Both the position numbers and the translations under genes were made by a program. Positions 25,250 to 37,070 of a stretch of 64,000 nt of DNA are shown here, one piece after another. Below the pieces are notes generated by a model. It had not been told where the DNA came from and did not search any database. It saw nothing but the letters and a program-made list of their open reading frames with translations. Source of the stretch: Vicugna vicugna. Taxonomy: Eukaryota. The DNA lies in NCBI GenBank assembly GCA_013265495.1, contig MU062295.1:2297880-2361879 (forward strand), read 5' to 3'. Position 1 is the first letter of the stretch. Every line of letters starts with the position of its first letter.

Positions 25250-26290
25250 TGTGGGTCTTCAGCCACTTCTCTCCTCGGCTTTTGTCTTCTCTCCTCCTTC
25301 CTTGCTCATGACTTGGGCTTACTCATGACTTCCTCTTCCTGCCTTATTGTATGACCTTTCTTATGTCCCCTAGTTCCAAATGTTGCCCATCACTTGAGTT
25401 CTTCTTCACATTCCCTGAAGGAGGTGTCATCAGCTCCATCTGGCACTGTCCCCTTCAGGGCAGGCTTTCATGCCGTAGCATGGTCACACTCAGGCATTCT
25501 CTGGGTCCAGTTGGCTGTGGATTGGGGGCAGAATTACATGGTCACTGGCCTCAGGTGGAGCTGTGGGCTTCACGGCTGCTCTCCAAAGCAGGCATCTCCA
25601 CTGGATCTTCACTTTTCAGGCTAATCCATCACCTGCTCCTTTGACATCTCATCATCATAATGACGCCTCCCACTCCACCTGTCCCACAAACCTGGGAGTC
25701 TTCTATGATACCACCCTCTTCCACACTCCCCACCCAAGCCCATTGAAGCATCAGTTCCTATCCATTCTGTCACCTAAATAACTCTTACATCTACCCACTT
25801 CTCTCCACTTCTGGCCTCCACCTTAGTGATACCTAATCCAGGTACCACCATCTCTCATCTGGACTCCCCAAATAGCTGTCTCATGTTACTTTCCCCTCTT
25901 CCTCATCCAGTCTCCACACAGCAACCAGAGGGATCTGTTCAAAATGCTGATCTGATCATGTCATATTTTTTGAAACTTTTCGTTGGCTTCCCTTTTCCCT
26001 TAGGATAAAGACCAAAACCCTTAAGGGAAACCCCAGGGCCTGGCAAGATTTGGCCCTTGCCTCCCCCTTCACTCTCCTCCTTGCTCTCTGCTGTTTGCCC
26101 TCTGGGAAGGTTTTTAGTCCTGTTGATATGCCAAGCTCCCTCTTCTCCCCACAGGGCCTTTGCATGTACCGTGTGAACTGCCTGGCATGCCCTGGTCACT
26201 CCTCCCCACACCTCTGCATGGTTAATTTTAGGCCACAGCAGGACTGGCCTTTCTGACTTACACAGGCAACCTGCACATCCCTGTGTAACT
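25250..26290 (+). mobile_element. L2 (5' part of an element split by an L1)
   Basis: CCACCATCTCTCATCTGGACT...CAGTCTCCACACAGCAACCAGAGGGATC...TAGGATAAAGACCAAA. Confidence 0.75.
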
Positions 26291-26469
26291 GCTATTTTCA
26301 GTTGTAGGCCAAAAGTGGTTCATGTAAACTGCGAGATATTCTCGTCTTTGTATCAGACAGGCAAAGACTGAAATGACTGATCATATCCTGTGCTATTGAG
26401 GCTGCAAGAAAACATGCACTGTGATTTGCAGTCTCATTCAGATACAATGAGTGGTAAGAAATATAGTAG

Positions 26470-26950
26470 CATTTATTTTTTAACATTTTCATACTTTTTG
26501 AGCTAGTATTTCCATGTCTATGAATTTATCCTTTAGAAATCAATACTCCCACCATATGTAAAAAGATATGCAGAAAAATGTTCTTTGCCACATTTTACAG
26601 TAGTGAAAAAGTGGAAACAATACATGTCTATCAGTAAGACACTAGTCAAACTGGTACATCCATAAAATGGAGTATTACTCAGACATTTAAAAGAATGAGG
26701 TAGATTTCTTTGTATTCCTGTGGAAGAATGCCTAAAATATAGTAAGCTAAAAAACATATATTAAAAAGAGTATAGTTCCCTTTTTATGTGTCTAAAATAT
26801 ATTGCATTTGTGTTTTAAAAGTTGGAGGAAAATGCACAAGCCTATTGACAGTGGCTGTCTCTGGGGAAAGATGAGTTTTTTAGCAGGGGTTTTTTTCTGT
26901 ATTATGTATTTCTGTAATGTTTGATTATGCTATTTTGTTATTATAAAATA
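26470..26950 (+). mobile_element. L1ME-type fragment
   Basis: ATGAATTTATCCTTTAGAAAT...GGTACATCCATAAAATGGAGTATTA...AAAGAATGAGGTAG. Confidence 0.7.
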
Positions 26951-27019
26951 ATTTATAACCTGAAAATATGTAATGCAGAGAAAAATATAATTACATCACT
27001 AAAATATAATTACATCTAT

Positions 27020-27172
27020 AATGTCTCTCTTCTCCCTAGAATATAAGCTCTCTGAGGTCAGCAAATGCTTCTATCCTATTCAGTGCTATTTCTTCACAGC
27101 CCAGTCAGCGCCAGGCATATAGTAGGTGCTCATTAAACACTTATCAGCGGCATGAATAAATGAATGAATGAA
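27020..27172 (+). mobile_element. L2 3' end
   Basis: AGAATATAAGCTCTCTGAGG...GGCATATAGTAGGTGCTCATTAAA...TGAATAAATGAATGAATGAA. Confidence 0.85.
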
Positions 27173-28959
27173 CTGTTTGTATGACCCTCTAAAGCGTGGT
27201 ATTCACTCAGAACTCCAGAAACAGCCTGTGCCTACCTCCCCACCTTGAGCTATACTCTGCACTTTAAAAACTTGTATAAGTGCCTCACCTTTTTACAACA
27301 GTCCCATCAGGTTCTTTGCTGAGGCTGAGCTTAAGGGATGTGGTTCTGCTCTACCACTCCCCACCTCAGCACCCAAAAGGAGAAATAAAGTGGGCATATA
27401 ATTCCTTTAGTATAACTGGCTTCCCCAGTTCACAGATTCTCGAGAAGCCAGAATGGGTTTGGAGAATGAGGAATCTCTTCATAAGTGATCTCCATCTGAC
27501 ATGCTGCCAATACCCATTGGGAAGGAGAAATGCTTTTGAATGGGTAACAAGACTGAAATTATTTACAAATGAGCCTTGCCCACTAGAGAGGGTTTGGGCT
27601 TTGCTTGTATTTGATTTCTCTCCCTCCCCTGCACTCTGGGGATGCTCGTACTGTAGCCAAATGAATGCTTTGGCTTTTGTGATATTGAATAAGAGTATGC
27701 GGAGAGGGAGACCAAATGGCACTGACTAGGGAGAAGGGAAATTGGCTTATCTTCCCCCAATTGAGGGATCCCTAATGTACCTCGTATAGAAGTATAGTAC
27801 TGGCGGAAGAGGTCACTCAAATCCATAGGAGGGTCATTCCATAGTAAAAAGTACTTTCAAATCCCTGGTCTGGTCCTGAGTGGCATCATAAACCTGATTC
27901 TTTGCTGATGGAGCAGTTATTGCATGAATTACTCTTTAGAATTCCTTGGCAAAACCAGACAGTAAAGACTACTGAGGTGGAGCCTTAGCCCCCATCCCCA
28001 GACTGCCACCATGATGGGGTGCTCTTGAGAAGCTGTCAGTTGGTGGGGTTTGGTGTCCTGAGATTGCAGCTGGGCTGGCCCCTGGAGGCCCCTCTGCTAA
28101 ACAACAGGGGAAGAGCTCTGAGAGCTGAGAATGGAGACAGGTTGCCTTAACTCAGCATCGTGCTGGTGATGATCATGGCTCTTACATGCAACCCTCACTG
28201 ATGCTCAAGACCTCCCCTTCCCACCCTAGAGGAAGCAGGCCTTGGATGAAGCCAGCCAAGGGGACTTCTGTGAGGTCTGTAAGTGGGGGGACTCCCTTCT
28301 CTTCCTGGAATAAACACTGAGAGGGCCAAATATGCACAGAGAGGGCCAAGGAGAAAGCAGGAGGTGCAGGTCTACCTTGAGAGATGAAGAAGGGGTCTTG
28401 GGGGCTTGCATGGGGTTCAGTGCAGCCCACCAACGTGGAAGCCTGGATACAAGCTCACCTACAATGGTCCCAGCTGGAACTAGTTTGGCTGGGGTGCTCT
28501 CCTTACCACAGAAAAGTAGCTCCGCCGTGAAGCCTAGGGACACCTTTCTACAGAAAGCAGCTTGCTCTGGGGGAGCTATGACAGCCTGTGGCATGTCCTT
28601 GACTGTGTATTAGAATCTTGGGTTGCTGCCACAGTTCCTGAGAACACATCAGTGCAATTGTAAAGCACATCAATGGGACAGTGATTCACTCAGCAGAAAT
28701 CTAAACAAACTACTCCTTTCTGACTCCCATTACAGCTTTTCATGAAGGGAGGCGTACGTGCTTTATAGTAGAGGAAAAGAATGTGTATCACCAGTTCTTA
28801 CTTGCAGTAACTTATCTGCAAATTAGTAAAGTGACTAAACCCCTTCTGGGAGATACACTGAACCATGGAAACGGAAACAAAAATTATGCCTGATCTATCT
28901 ACAATGCCTACACTGGAAGATTCGAAACAAGGGGCTCTAGGGGTTTGAGAGTATCTGAT

Positions 28960-29960
28960 AAAATCCTGCAGATTTCTCAGGTTAATTTTGTTGAAAACCT
29001 AGTCCTTTAAAAAGAAGTCCATAAGAACATAAGAGGAAAGACTGATGAGTACAACTACAAAAAGTAAAGATTTCTGAATCTACATGTGTGAATACCCCTA
29101 CACACATATAAGCCTATCATAAAGTTAAAACGCAAATAGTAAGTTAGGAAAAATATCTTGCAACTTATAACACAAAGGGTTATGTAGTTTAAAATACAAA
29201 GCTTTCACATTTCGATGAGAGAAAGATAAACACTCTAATAGAAAAACGAGCAATTTATTAAAAAGAAATACACATCATCAACAATCAGAGCTACAACTCA
29301 AATAACCAAGAGATGCAACTCTTTACTGTCAGACTGAAAAAAATGAAAAAGAATAACAGATACAGCACAGAAGAGGCTATGAGTGGGAACTCTCATACAT
29401 GTGGCTAAGCTTGACAATTTAAAAATTTTAAATGCACATCCCCTTTTACTTATCAATGTCACACATCAGAAAGCATCCTAAGCAATCAAGAATGTGTGAA
29501 AACATTTAGCAGCAGAACACATTCATTACAATATTGTTAATAATAAATAAAAAGGAAACAACCTAAGTGGCTCCAACTGAGGATTTAAATACGGTTTCAG
29601 AATAACCTTTCGCTAGAATACTATGCAGCCTTTAAAATTGATTATTTTAAAATGTGATTACATCTGTCTATTTAACTATGTTATTATATAGTCCTAAATA
29701 TATGCTTTTATATAGTAGCCATATCTAGATATGTATATATGGAATGCTCCTCCAAGTGGCTTGGTTTGGAGATTGGCAAGCTGAAATATGTAAATATGAC
29801 AGATCAATAGATAGAGATATGCATCTTTATCAAAATATTAACACTTATTTGTGGGTTTATGATATTCATCTTATTTATATGATATTCATCTTATTTATAT
29901 GATATTCATCTTATTATATCTGAATTTTTTGCAAAGATTGCTTTATATGCACGGGGAAAA
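28960..29960 (+). mobile_element. Highly diverged L1ME ORF2/3' region
   Basis: A-rich; GGAAAAATATCTTGCAAC, GGAAACAACCTAAGTG, GAATACTATGCAGCC motifs. Confidence 0.7.
29857..29919. repeat. 20-bp minisatellite x3
   Basis: GATATTCATCTTATTTATAT at 29861-29880 and 29881-29900; third copy 29901-29919 lacks one T. Confidence 0.95.
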
Positions 29961-30086
29961 AAACCCCCAACCATTTCAAAAATACAGAATGCACTTCTTG
30001 GCAAATACCCTTAAGCTGGAAGCATCCTTTTGGCCATGAGGATTCCCAGAGTAAGCAAAAAAAGTCCAAACTAGATCACTTAGAAT

Positions 30087-30190
30087 TAGGGTAGCCATAC
30101 AATTTATCATCAAAACAAGACACTTTAGAGACTGAAAGGGGAAGCTACTAATAACTTTGCATAACCCAGGACTAACTAGGCAAGCTCAGC
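30087..30190. mobile_element. MER94-like hAT-Blackjack MITE
   Basis: TAGGGTAGCCATACAATTTATCATCAAAACAAGACACTTTAGAGACTGAAAGGGG. Confidence 0.6.
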
Positions 30191-32542
30191 CTTTTCATCA
30201 GCCTACTTAGAATGGAAGGTCTGTTGAACTTGTCTTTGAAGATGACCCAGTATTAGAATGTTAGAGGTGAACCACAAACACAGAGACTGCCCTTTTATCA
30301 GTACAATTGGGTACAATTTCTCAACATGCCGGCCAGATGGCTAAAGAGCCTGGAAAATTTCAAGTTTCTCACCTAATTAGCTCATTCAGATCCATAGAGT
30401 CCTAATTTTAGAAATTTGTTCTTGATTAAATAGTATTTCGCAAAGAAATATGCCATTTGATTAAGAACACACAGTATTATTACCCATCTTATCTCACCCT
30501 ATAGATTTTCATCTTGGAAGCATCGTGTTCGCAGTTTGAAACCCTGTCTGATTCCAAATCCCCACGTGTCTTGCCTTTTTCCACCAAGAGCTTTGTTTGA
30601 GGAAACCAACTACGTGACCTGAGGTGCTTTACTTAAGATGGTCACTGTTCCCATCCATCACTCTTCTGCCCACTGGCTATTTATATCTTCCAGTCTTTTG
30701 CAGCCCAGTTCAAATTCCTCCTCTCTCCCATGCCTTCACCTTTGCTGCCCACCACAGTAACCTGTCCTGCTCAGACACCTACAGCATCTATTATCTGCAC
30801 ATCAGATCAGCACCTCCTCACAGGCTAGTCTGTTTTCCAGTGATTGATGGCTTATGCATCACCCTGAAGCAAGACTGTAAGTGCCTTGTGGACACAGCTA
30901 CTCACCTGGCACATAGCCAGGCAGGATCAGTCCATCAACCTCTCTTATTCTAATCATAAAATGAGGGTTGTAATTCCTTTAGATACTCCGCCTCTCACCC
31001 CACCTTGGGTGTTTGCAAAGCATTGTAAGAGACAATCATTAGATTAGCCAAAGTTTCTGAATGCCAGGGTATTTGCATAGGTGAAAAAATGAAAGGCTTC
31101 TCAAGTGAGGCAACCGTGTGATGTCTTTCCCCCCTTAAAACACCGTGAAATGGCACAATGAAGATTCAGAACAAAGACAGAACAGAATAGTTCTGTCGTA
31201 GAGTAGTGTCTGCGTGTTCAAGATGGTCCCGTGGGTACAAAGGATGAAAGCTCGGACAGGCTCTGTCAACACATGCAACACTATCACTTCAATCTTACAA
31301 TATTTTACTTGTACTTTGACTCTCCCTGTACAGGGCCAAAACAAGGAAGCTCACCTGGGGATCGATGCTCCAACATCTGCCCTCACTTCCTAAGAGTCCA
31401 GCACCTGCCATCACTTGGCATCGATCACAAACTAGGCAGCACAGGGTTGCTAATCAATCGTGGGTCAATCCATAATTGAGACGATACTCTTTGCACCTCC
31501 TGCTGCCAAATTTGTTAAACTGATAGACGTGTCAATGTCTCTTCCTCCAAGCCAAGTTTAGGATGACTTAAGCTGTAGCTGAAGGGTGAACAACCAAACT
31601 GAGTTACCAAGATCGTTTCATTTCTACCATCCAAAGCATTGTGTTTCTCATACATGGGAGTCTTCTTGGGAAATCTGCCACCTCAAATGCATTCATTGTA
31701 ACCCATATCATTCTACAGTACTTTACAATTACACACATGGTCAGCAAGGGATGGTGACCCCCGTTCAACCAAAGTGTAAAACTCCTAGTTGAGCTGTTAA
31801 CATAGACAGAGAGAGACCAACAACCCGCTTCCTTCTGCTAGTTCATCTAACACCTTAGTGAGCTTTTGGAAAAGGCGCAGCTTCTTCAAGAAACTTTATT
31901 TCCACCTGTTAGAAGATAGTCTTCATATTCCTGATTTTGTTAGAACAAGGCACTTTTGTGCCATCTGCCAGGAAAATTGTTACAATAAATCTACGATGTC
32001 TGCGATGTGAATGGCAGTCCCTTAAAAGTGGCCCAACTGTGCAGTGCACAACCAATGCAGCAGCCTGGCCAGGGGTAACCTCAGTGAGAGGGAGCCGTGC
32101 TTTATTTTACATCCTCTCTGCACCTCAATTTCATCATCTATAACCTGGGAGTAATAAAAGCTATCCAGCATGGTTGTCAGCGCTGATCAACCTTCCCATT
32201 AAAATAGGAAAGCAATGGTCTGTAAAGGATTCAGAGAATAAGACATGAGCACATTACTTGATTATCGCATAAGAACTACTTCCATAAGATAAAGAGCTTA
32301 TGTTTTCCTTGATTCTACAAACACAATTCATCCAATAACATAATTTGCCCTTCATATGTTGAAAGTGAAAAGACTTGGGTTTCTCTCGTAGCAATGACGG
32401 GTCCCACAGCCCCACCACACCCTCACCAGGTGTTGGTGTGATGGAAGAAGCCCGCGATGGCAAAGTAGTAGATGAGGGCTAGGTGTTCATTGTCTGGAAA
32501 CAAAAAAGAAAAAGAAGAAAATTGGAAATTAATCGCCTTACA

Positions 32543-32794
32543 TCTGGATTTCTGGATCCCCTCACTGTCATTTGGGGATGGATAAACCTTCATTGTTGGG
32601 GAGATGGCTGGGTATCGCATGATAGAATGTTTGCCAACATCCCTGGTCTCTGCCACTGGATGCCGAGATACCATTAGAACCCCTCCACTCCCTGTTACAA
32701 CAACCAAAAATGTCTCCAGACATTGCCACATGTCAGGGTGGGGTAGGGTAGAGAAGGGGGAGGCAGCATCATCGTCCCTGGTTGAGAAACACTG
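32543..32794. mobile_element. MER20
   Basis: CATCCCTGGTCTCTGCCACTGGATGCC...ACCAAAAATGTCTCCAGACATTGCCA...GGTTGAGAAACACTG. Confidence 0.88.
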
Positions 32795-33930
32795 GCCTGT
32801 ATGGAAATGTAAATTTAAAGTCTTAGAATCATTTTTGGGAAGCAGTAATCTATGAGTGAGCTGGCCTCCAAACAACGGGGACTTTGAGCAAACCTGAGCT
32901 TAGCTCTGCAATGGCTAAGGATGACTTAGCTTTATGGCTTTAAAGACACTACGTTTCTACTTCCTGTCATAAAAGTATAACCCAAACTTCAGCCTCTCAT
33001 TTCCAGGATTTCCTCCTTTTGAGGGCTGGGGCTGGAGGAAAGGTGTTAGATGGGGATGCTGGGGGCTGACCTGAGACATTTTAGTCTAGGCAACCCCTCT
33101 TCCCTACTCACTTTGTACCTGGCCACCTCCTGGGGCCTGAGGACAGCCATCTTCTCTTGAATAATGGTGATGGCACTATACAGGACTGGCATGAAGTAAA
33201 ACTAGCAGCTTTCAACTATACTACTCTGACTTTCATATAAGTATAAGCCTGTTGCTTAATTTCCCACAGCACAGGTACCTATGACCAGGTCATTAGAAAA
33301 CTTGAGGGAAGCAAGAGAAATGACAGCCCAGAAAACCATAAAATGGGATGGATACTGGGTTGAGGGATTCTAGAGTCATAGCTAGGTCATCCCAGTCAGT
33401 TCCCCTTCGGGACGCTCCCTGGCCAGCTCGCATCCCGCAAGAGGCTCTCACCTGCGTCTTCCCACCACCTGGGGGAACTTTGGTCCTCTGCTCTCTGGGA
33501 GGTGCAGGGGGCCAGTGCCTGTCTCAGGCCTGCTCCCTCCCTCTCCTCCAGGCTTCACTTTCCATGGCTCCTACTCCTCTCCCAGCATGACTGACAGATG
33601 GGAACATCCACAGAGTCTCCCCCACTACCCACAGGGGTTGGCCTTTTCAGAACACTCGAAAGACAACCTCTCAGCAACTCAGTTCCTTAAGTCTGATATA
33701 CCTGCTTTGGAAAATCATCTTGGCAGAGGCTTTCACCAAGAGTCCAAGCTGGGTGTAGCCACTGGGTTCCCCTTTGTGGTACCTGGTGAACAGGAAGTGA
33801 AGTCAGGCTCTGATGATCTTCTTGACCTGGCCCAGTCTCCATCATGAGATGTCTTATGACAAATGCTGAACAACGACACATTTAATGCACCTCTCAGCAA
33901 TAAAAAAAAATACTTTTTTAAGAGATAGAG

Positions 33931-34296
33931 TGCTATGGTCTGAATGGTTGTGTTCCTCTCTGAAAATTCCTGCTATAGTCCTAATCCCAAAGGTGACAGC
34001 AACAGGAGGTGTGGCCTTTGGGAAGTGATTAGGCCATGAAGGTGGGGTCTTCGTGATTGGGATTATAAAGTGCTTTTATAAAAGAGACCCCAAAGAACTA
34101 GTTCACCTCTTCTGCCATGTGGGGACACGGTGAGAAGGGGCCATCTATGAAGCAGGAAGCCCTCACTGGACATCAAATCTGCCTGCTCTGTGATCCTGGA
34201 TTTTCAACCTCCAGAACTATGAGGAATAAATTTCTGCTGTTTTAAAGCCACTCAGTCTGTGATATTTTGTTGCAGCAACCCGAAAGGACTAAGACA
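33931..34296 (+). mobile_element. MaLR solo LTR (MLT1A-like)
   Basis: TGCTATGGTCTGAATG...AATAAATTTCTGCTG...GACTAAGACA; TG...CA termini. Confidence 0.9.
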
Positions 34297-34422
34297 GAGT
34301 ATCCATAATGAAGAAAAACCATTTTTTTCTAACAGACAGCAAAACATATTATAAAACAAGAGTAATTAAAAGAGGAATTGGTGCTGGGAAAGACAATTCA
34401 AGCACTGGAACACAAAAGATCT

Positions 34423-35030
34423 NNNNNNNNNNNNNNNNNNNNNNNNNNNNNNNNNNNNNNNNNNNNNNNNNNNNNNNNNNNNNNNNNNNNNNNNNNNNNN
34501 NNNNNNNNNNNNNNNNNNNNNNNNNNNNNNNNNNNNNNNNNNNNNNNNNNNNNNNNNNNNNNNNNNNNNNNNNNNNNNNNNNNNNNNNNNNNNNNNNNNN
34601 NNNNNNNNNNNNNNNNNNNNNNNNNNNNNNNNNNNNNNNTATTAAGTGAAATAAGTCAGATGGATAAAGATAAATATCATATGACATCACTTATGTGTGG
34701 AATCTAAAAAAGAGATACAAATGAACTTATTTACAAAACAGAAGTAGACTCATAGACACAGAAAACAAATTTATGGTTACCAAAGGGGATATAGGTGGAG
34801 AGGGATAAATTAGAAGTTTGGAATTAGCAGATACTAACTACCATATATAAAATGGATAAACAACAAGGTCCTACTGTATAGCACAGGGAACTGTATTCAG
34901 TATCTTGTAATAGCCTATAAGGAAAGTGAATATGAAAGAATATATATGTCTATATATAACTGAATCACTATGCTGCTCACCAGAAATTAACACAACATTG
35001 TAAATCAACTGTACTTCAATTTAAAAAAAA
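34423..35030 (+). mobile_element. Younger cetartiodactyl-type L1 3' end
   Basis: AAGTGAAATAAGTCAG...CAACAAGGTCCTACTGTATAGCACAGGGAACT...TGTAAATCAACTGTACTTCAATTTAAAAAAAA; 5' part lies in N block 34423-34639. Confidence 0.88.
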
Positions 35031-36108
35031 GAGCTCAAAAATGAACCCATGTATTTGGGAGGTAAATACATGATGGATCTTTATAGAAGGGATAAACTAT
35101 TCAATATATGCCTGGGAAAATTGGTAACTGTTTGGAAAAAGATCAAAAATTAATTTTTAATTTAGTATCATTAGCTAAAAATGTCTGAGATCTAAATGTA
35201 AAAACAAAAACCTATTAAGCATTAAAAAAAAAAACCCACGAAAATATTTTATGACCTTGGAGAAGGTCTTCTTAAGCAAGACACAAAAAATAAAAGGCCT
35301 CAAGGAAAAGCCTGATACATCTGACTACATTCAAATGAAAAATTTTTAAAAAAAAGTATAGAGAAAAGATGCCATAAACAAGGTTAAAAGAAGAAAATCA
35401 AGAAGCTTGAAAATTATACTATTTTCAAACAGACAAAAGACCTAAATCTTGAATGTATAGAGAATTCCTACAAATCAATAAAAAGATCTTAAAAAAAAAT
35501 ACCAATAACAAATCATTAGAAGATACTAACAGCAATTTACAGCGTGAAAATACAATGAACATAAGCACGTGTGCTCAAAAACATACCAGAAATGAGGGAA
35601 ATGCAATTAAACAAGCTACTTTTACCATAACATTGGCAAAAATTAAGATGCTTGAAAATGTGGAGTGTTAATTAGGGCGTGAGGAAATGGGTGCATTCCT
35701 CTGCTGTTAGTGGGAGTATAAAGTAGTCAGCTACTTCAGAAGACAATTTGGCAGAACTATTAAAATTTAACATGTACATACCCAGCAATTCTACTTTCAG
35801 GGAGAAATACTCCCTCATGTGCTCAGAAAGCATATATAAAAATAAAGATGTTGATCACCCTATTTTTGTAAAACCAGAAACCTGAATGTCAATCAATAAG
35901 ATAATAGATAAATAGACTCTGGAACATTTTATGGAATATTAGGGAACAGTTTAAAAGAATGAGGTGTTTCCATATGTAATGACACGTAATAGTATGTGTG
36001 AAAAAAGAAAGTTGCAGAAAAATAGCTGCAAAATGGTCTGTTGCATCTGTCAGTCTTATTTATGCTCATGCAAGGCTTCTTTCTCAACCACGGATAAAAA
36101 AAAAATAT

Positions 36109-36165
36109 ACACACACACACACACACTATATGTAATACATATACACACACACATACATATGTATG
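36109..36165. repeat. Compound (CA)n/(TA)n microsatellite
   Basis: ACACACACACACACAC...ATACACACACACATACATATGTATG. Confidence 0.85.
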
Positions 36166-36869
36166 TTTCTCTACAAAATGATGCTATTCATGTTATTTAA
36201 AAAATAGAAAAGAATGAATACACAGCAATATCATCTACACCTGTAATGATAAATCTATACAGGTGGTAAATGTATAGAAAATGGTATGGAAAAAACGTCT
36301 TCAGATCTGGGGCCAGGGGAGTGACCAGTTGGAAGGGGATATTCAAGGGGAATTTCCCCCTTATCTCTACTGTTTTACTATCTCATGAGAACACATTTAT
36401 ACATGATTTTTAGAATTCAGTACTAAGTTTCTTTTACAAAAGAAAATAAATTTTTCTCAGAAAAAAATTAATCAGAGACACCAGTCGATTTACTATTAAG
36501 ACAACTGTTTACATTGTCATGCAAAGACTATTTCGTCTCCACTCACACTGGGGATTTGGCAGTTCTTTTGCATAACAAAAGGGTCTTACAGGGTCTTCCC
36601 AGGACAAAGGGATATTTACCCTGCCCTAAAGTCAGGATGGAGTTTCAGGCAGAAGAAGTTTCAGACAGAGGTCTCCACCAATTGATGCAGGGCAGCAGGG
36701 CAGCAGCCCCATACAAAGGAAAGAGAAGAGCTTTCGTTCCCTTTCTAAGGAGGACATAATCAGAAACAAACACAGAATCAGAGGTTCGGCCTGTTTCTGA
36801 CTGACAGCTGTTGTAACTGCATTGCATGATGCAATGCAACTAAAGTCATAATCATAGTGAACATTTACA

Positions 36870-37070
36870 ATTGTCCACTGCATGCCAGGCCTATGCTGAA
36901 GGCTCAGTACCGGGAATCTCTCTTAATCCTTGCAACGATCTGAAGAGAAGAATCTTAGTACCCATTTAACAGATAAGGAAACTGAGGGTCAGCTGGATTA
37001 ACAAAGATTCTCAAGCAAATGACTCAAGCGCAATTCTAATTCGTGCCTGCCAATCTTAAGCCTGTGCTCT
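36870..37070 (-). mobile_element. MIR
   Basis: CCCATTTAACAGATAAGGAAACTGAGG. Confidence 0.75.

Larger units (their letters stand above)
34305..36420 (+). mobile_element. Old L1ME ORF2/3' region, interrupted by a younger L1
   Basis: Degenerate ORF2 peptide KTYYKTRVIK before the insert; resumes at GAGCTCAAAAATGAACCC after it. Confidence 0.75.

Noticed and set aside
31360-31426. 9-bp inverted repeat GATCGATGC/GCATCGATC with a 49-nt spacer
   Set aside because: Expected by chance when variable spacers are allowed; probably within a decayed L2 end
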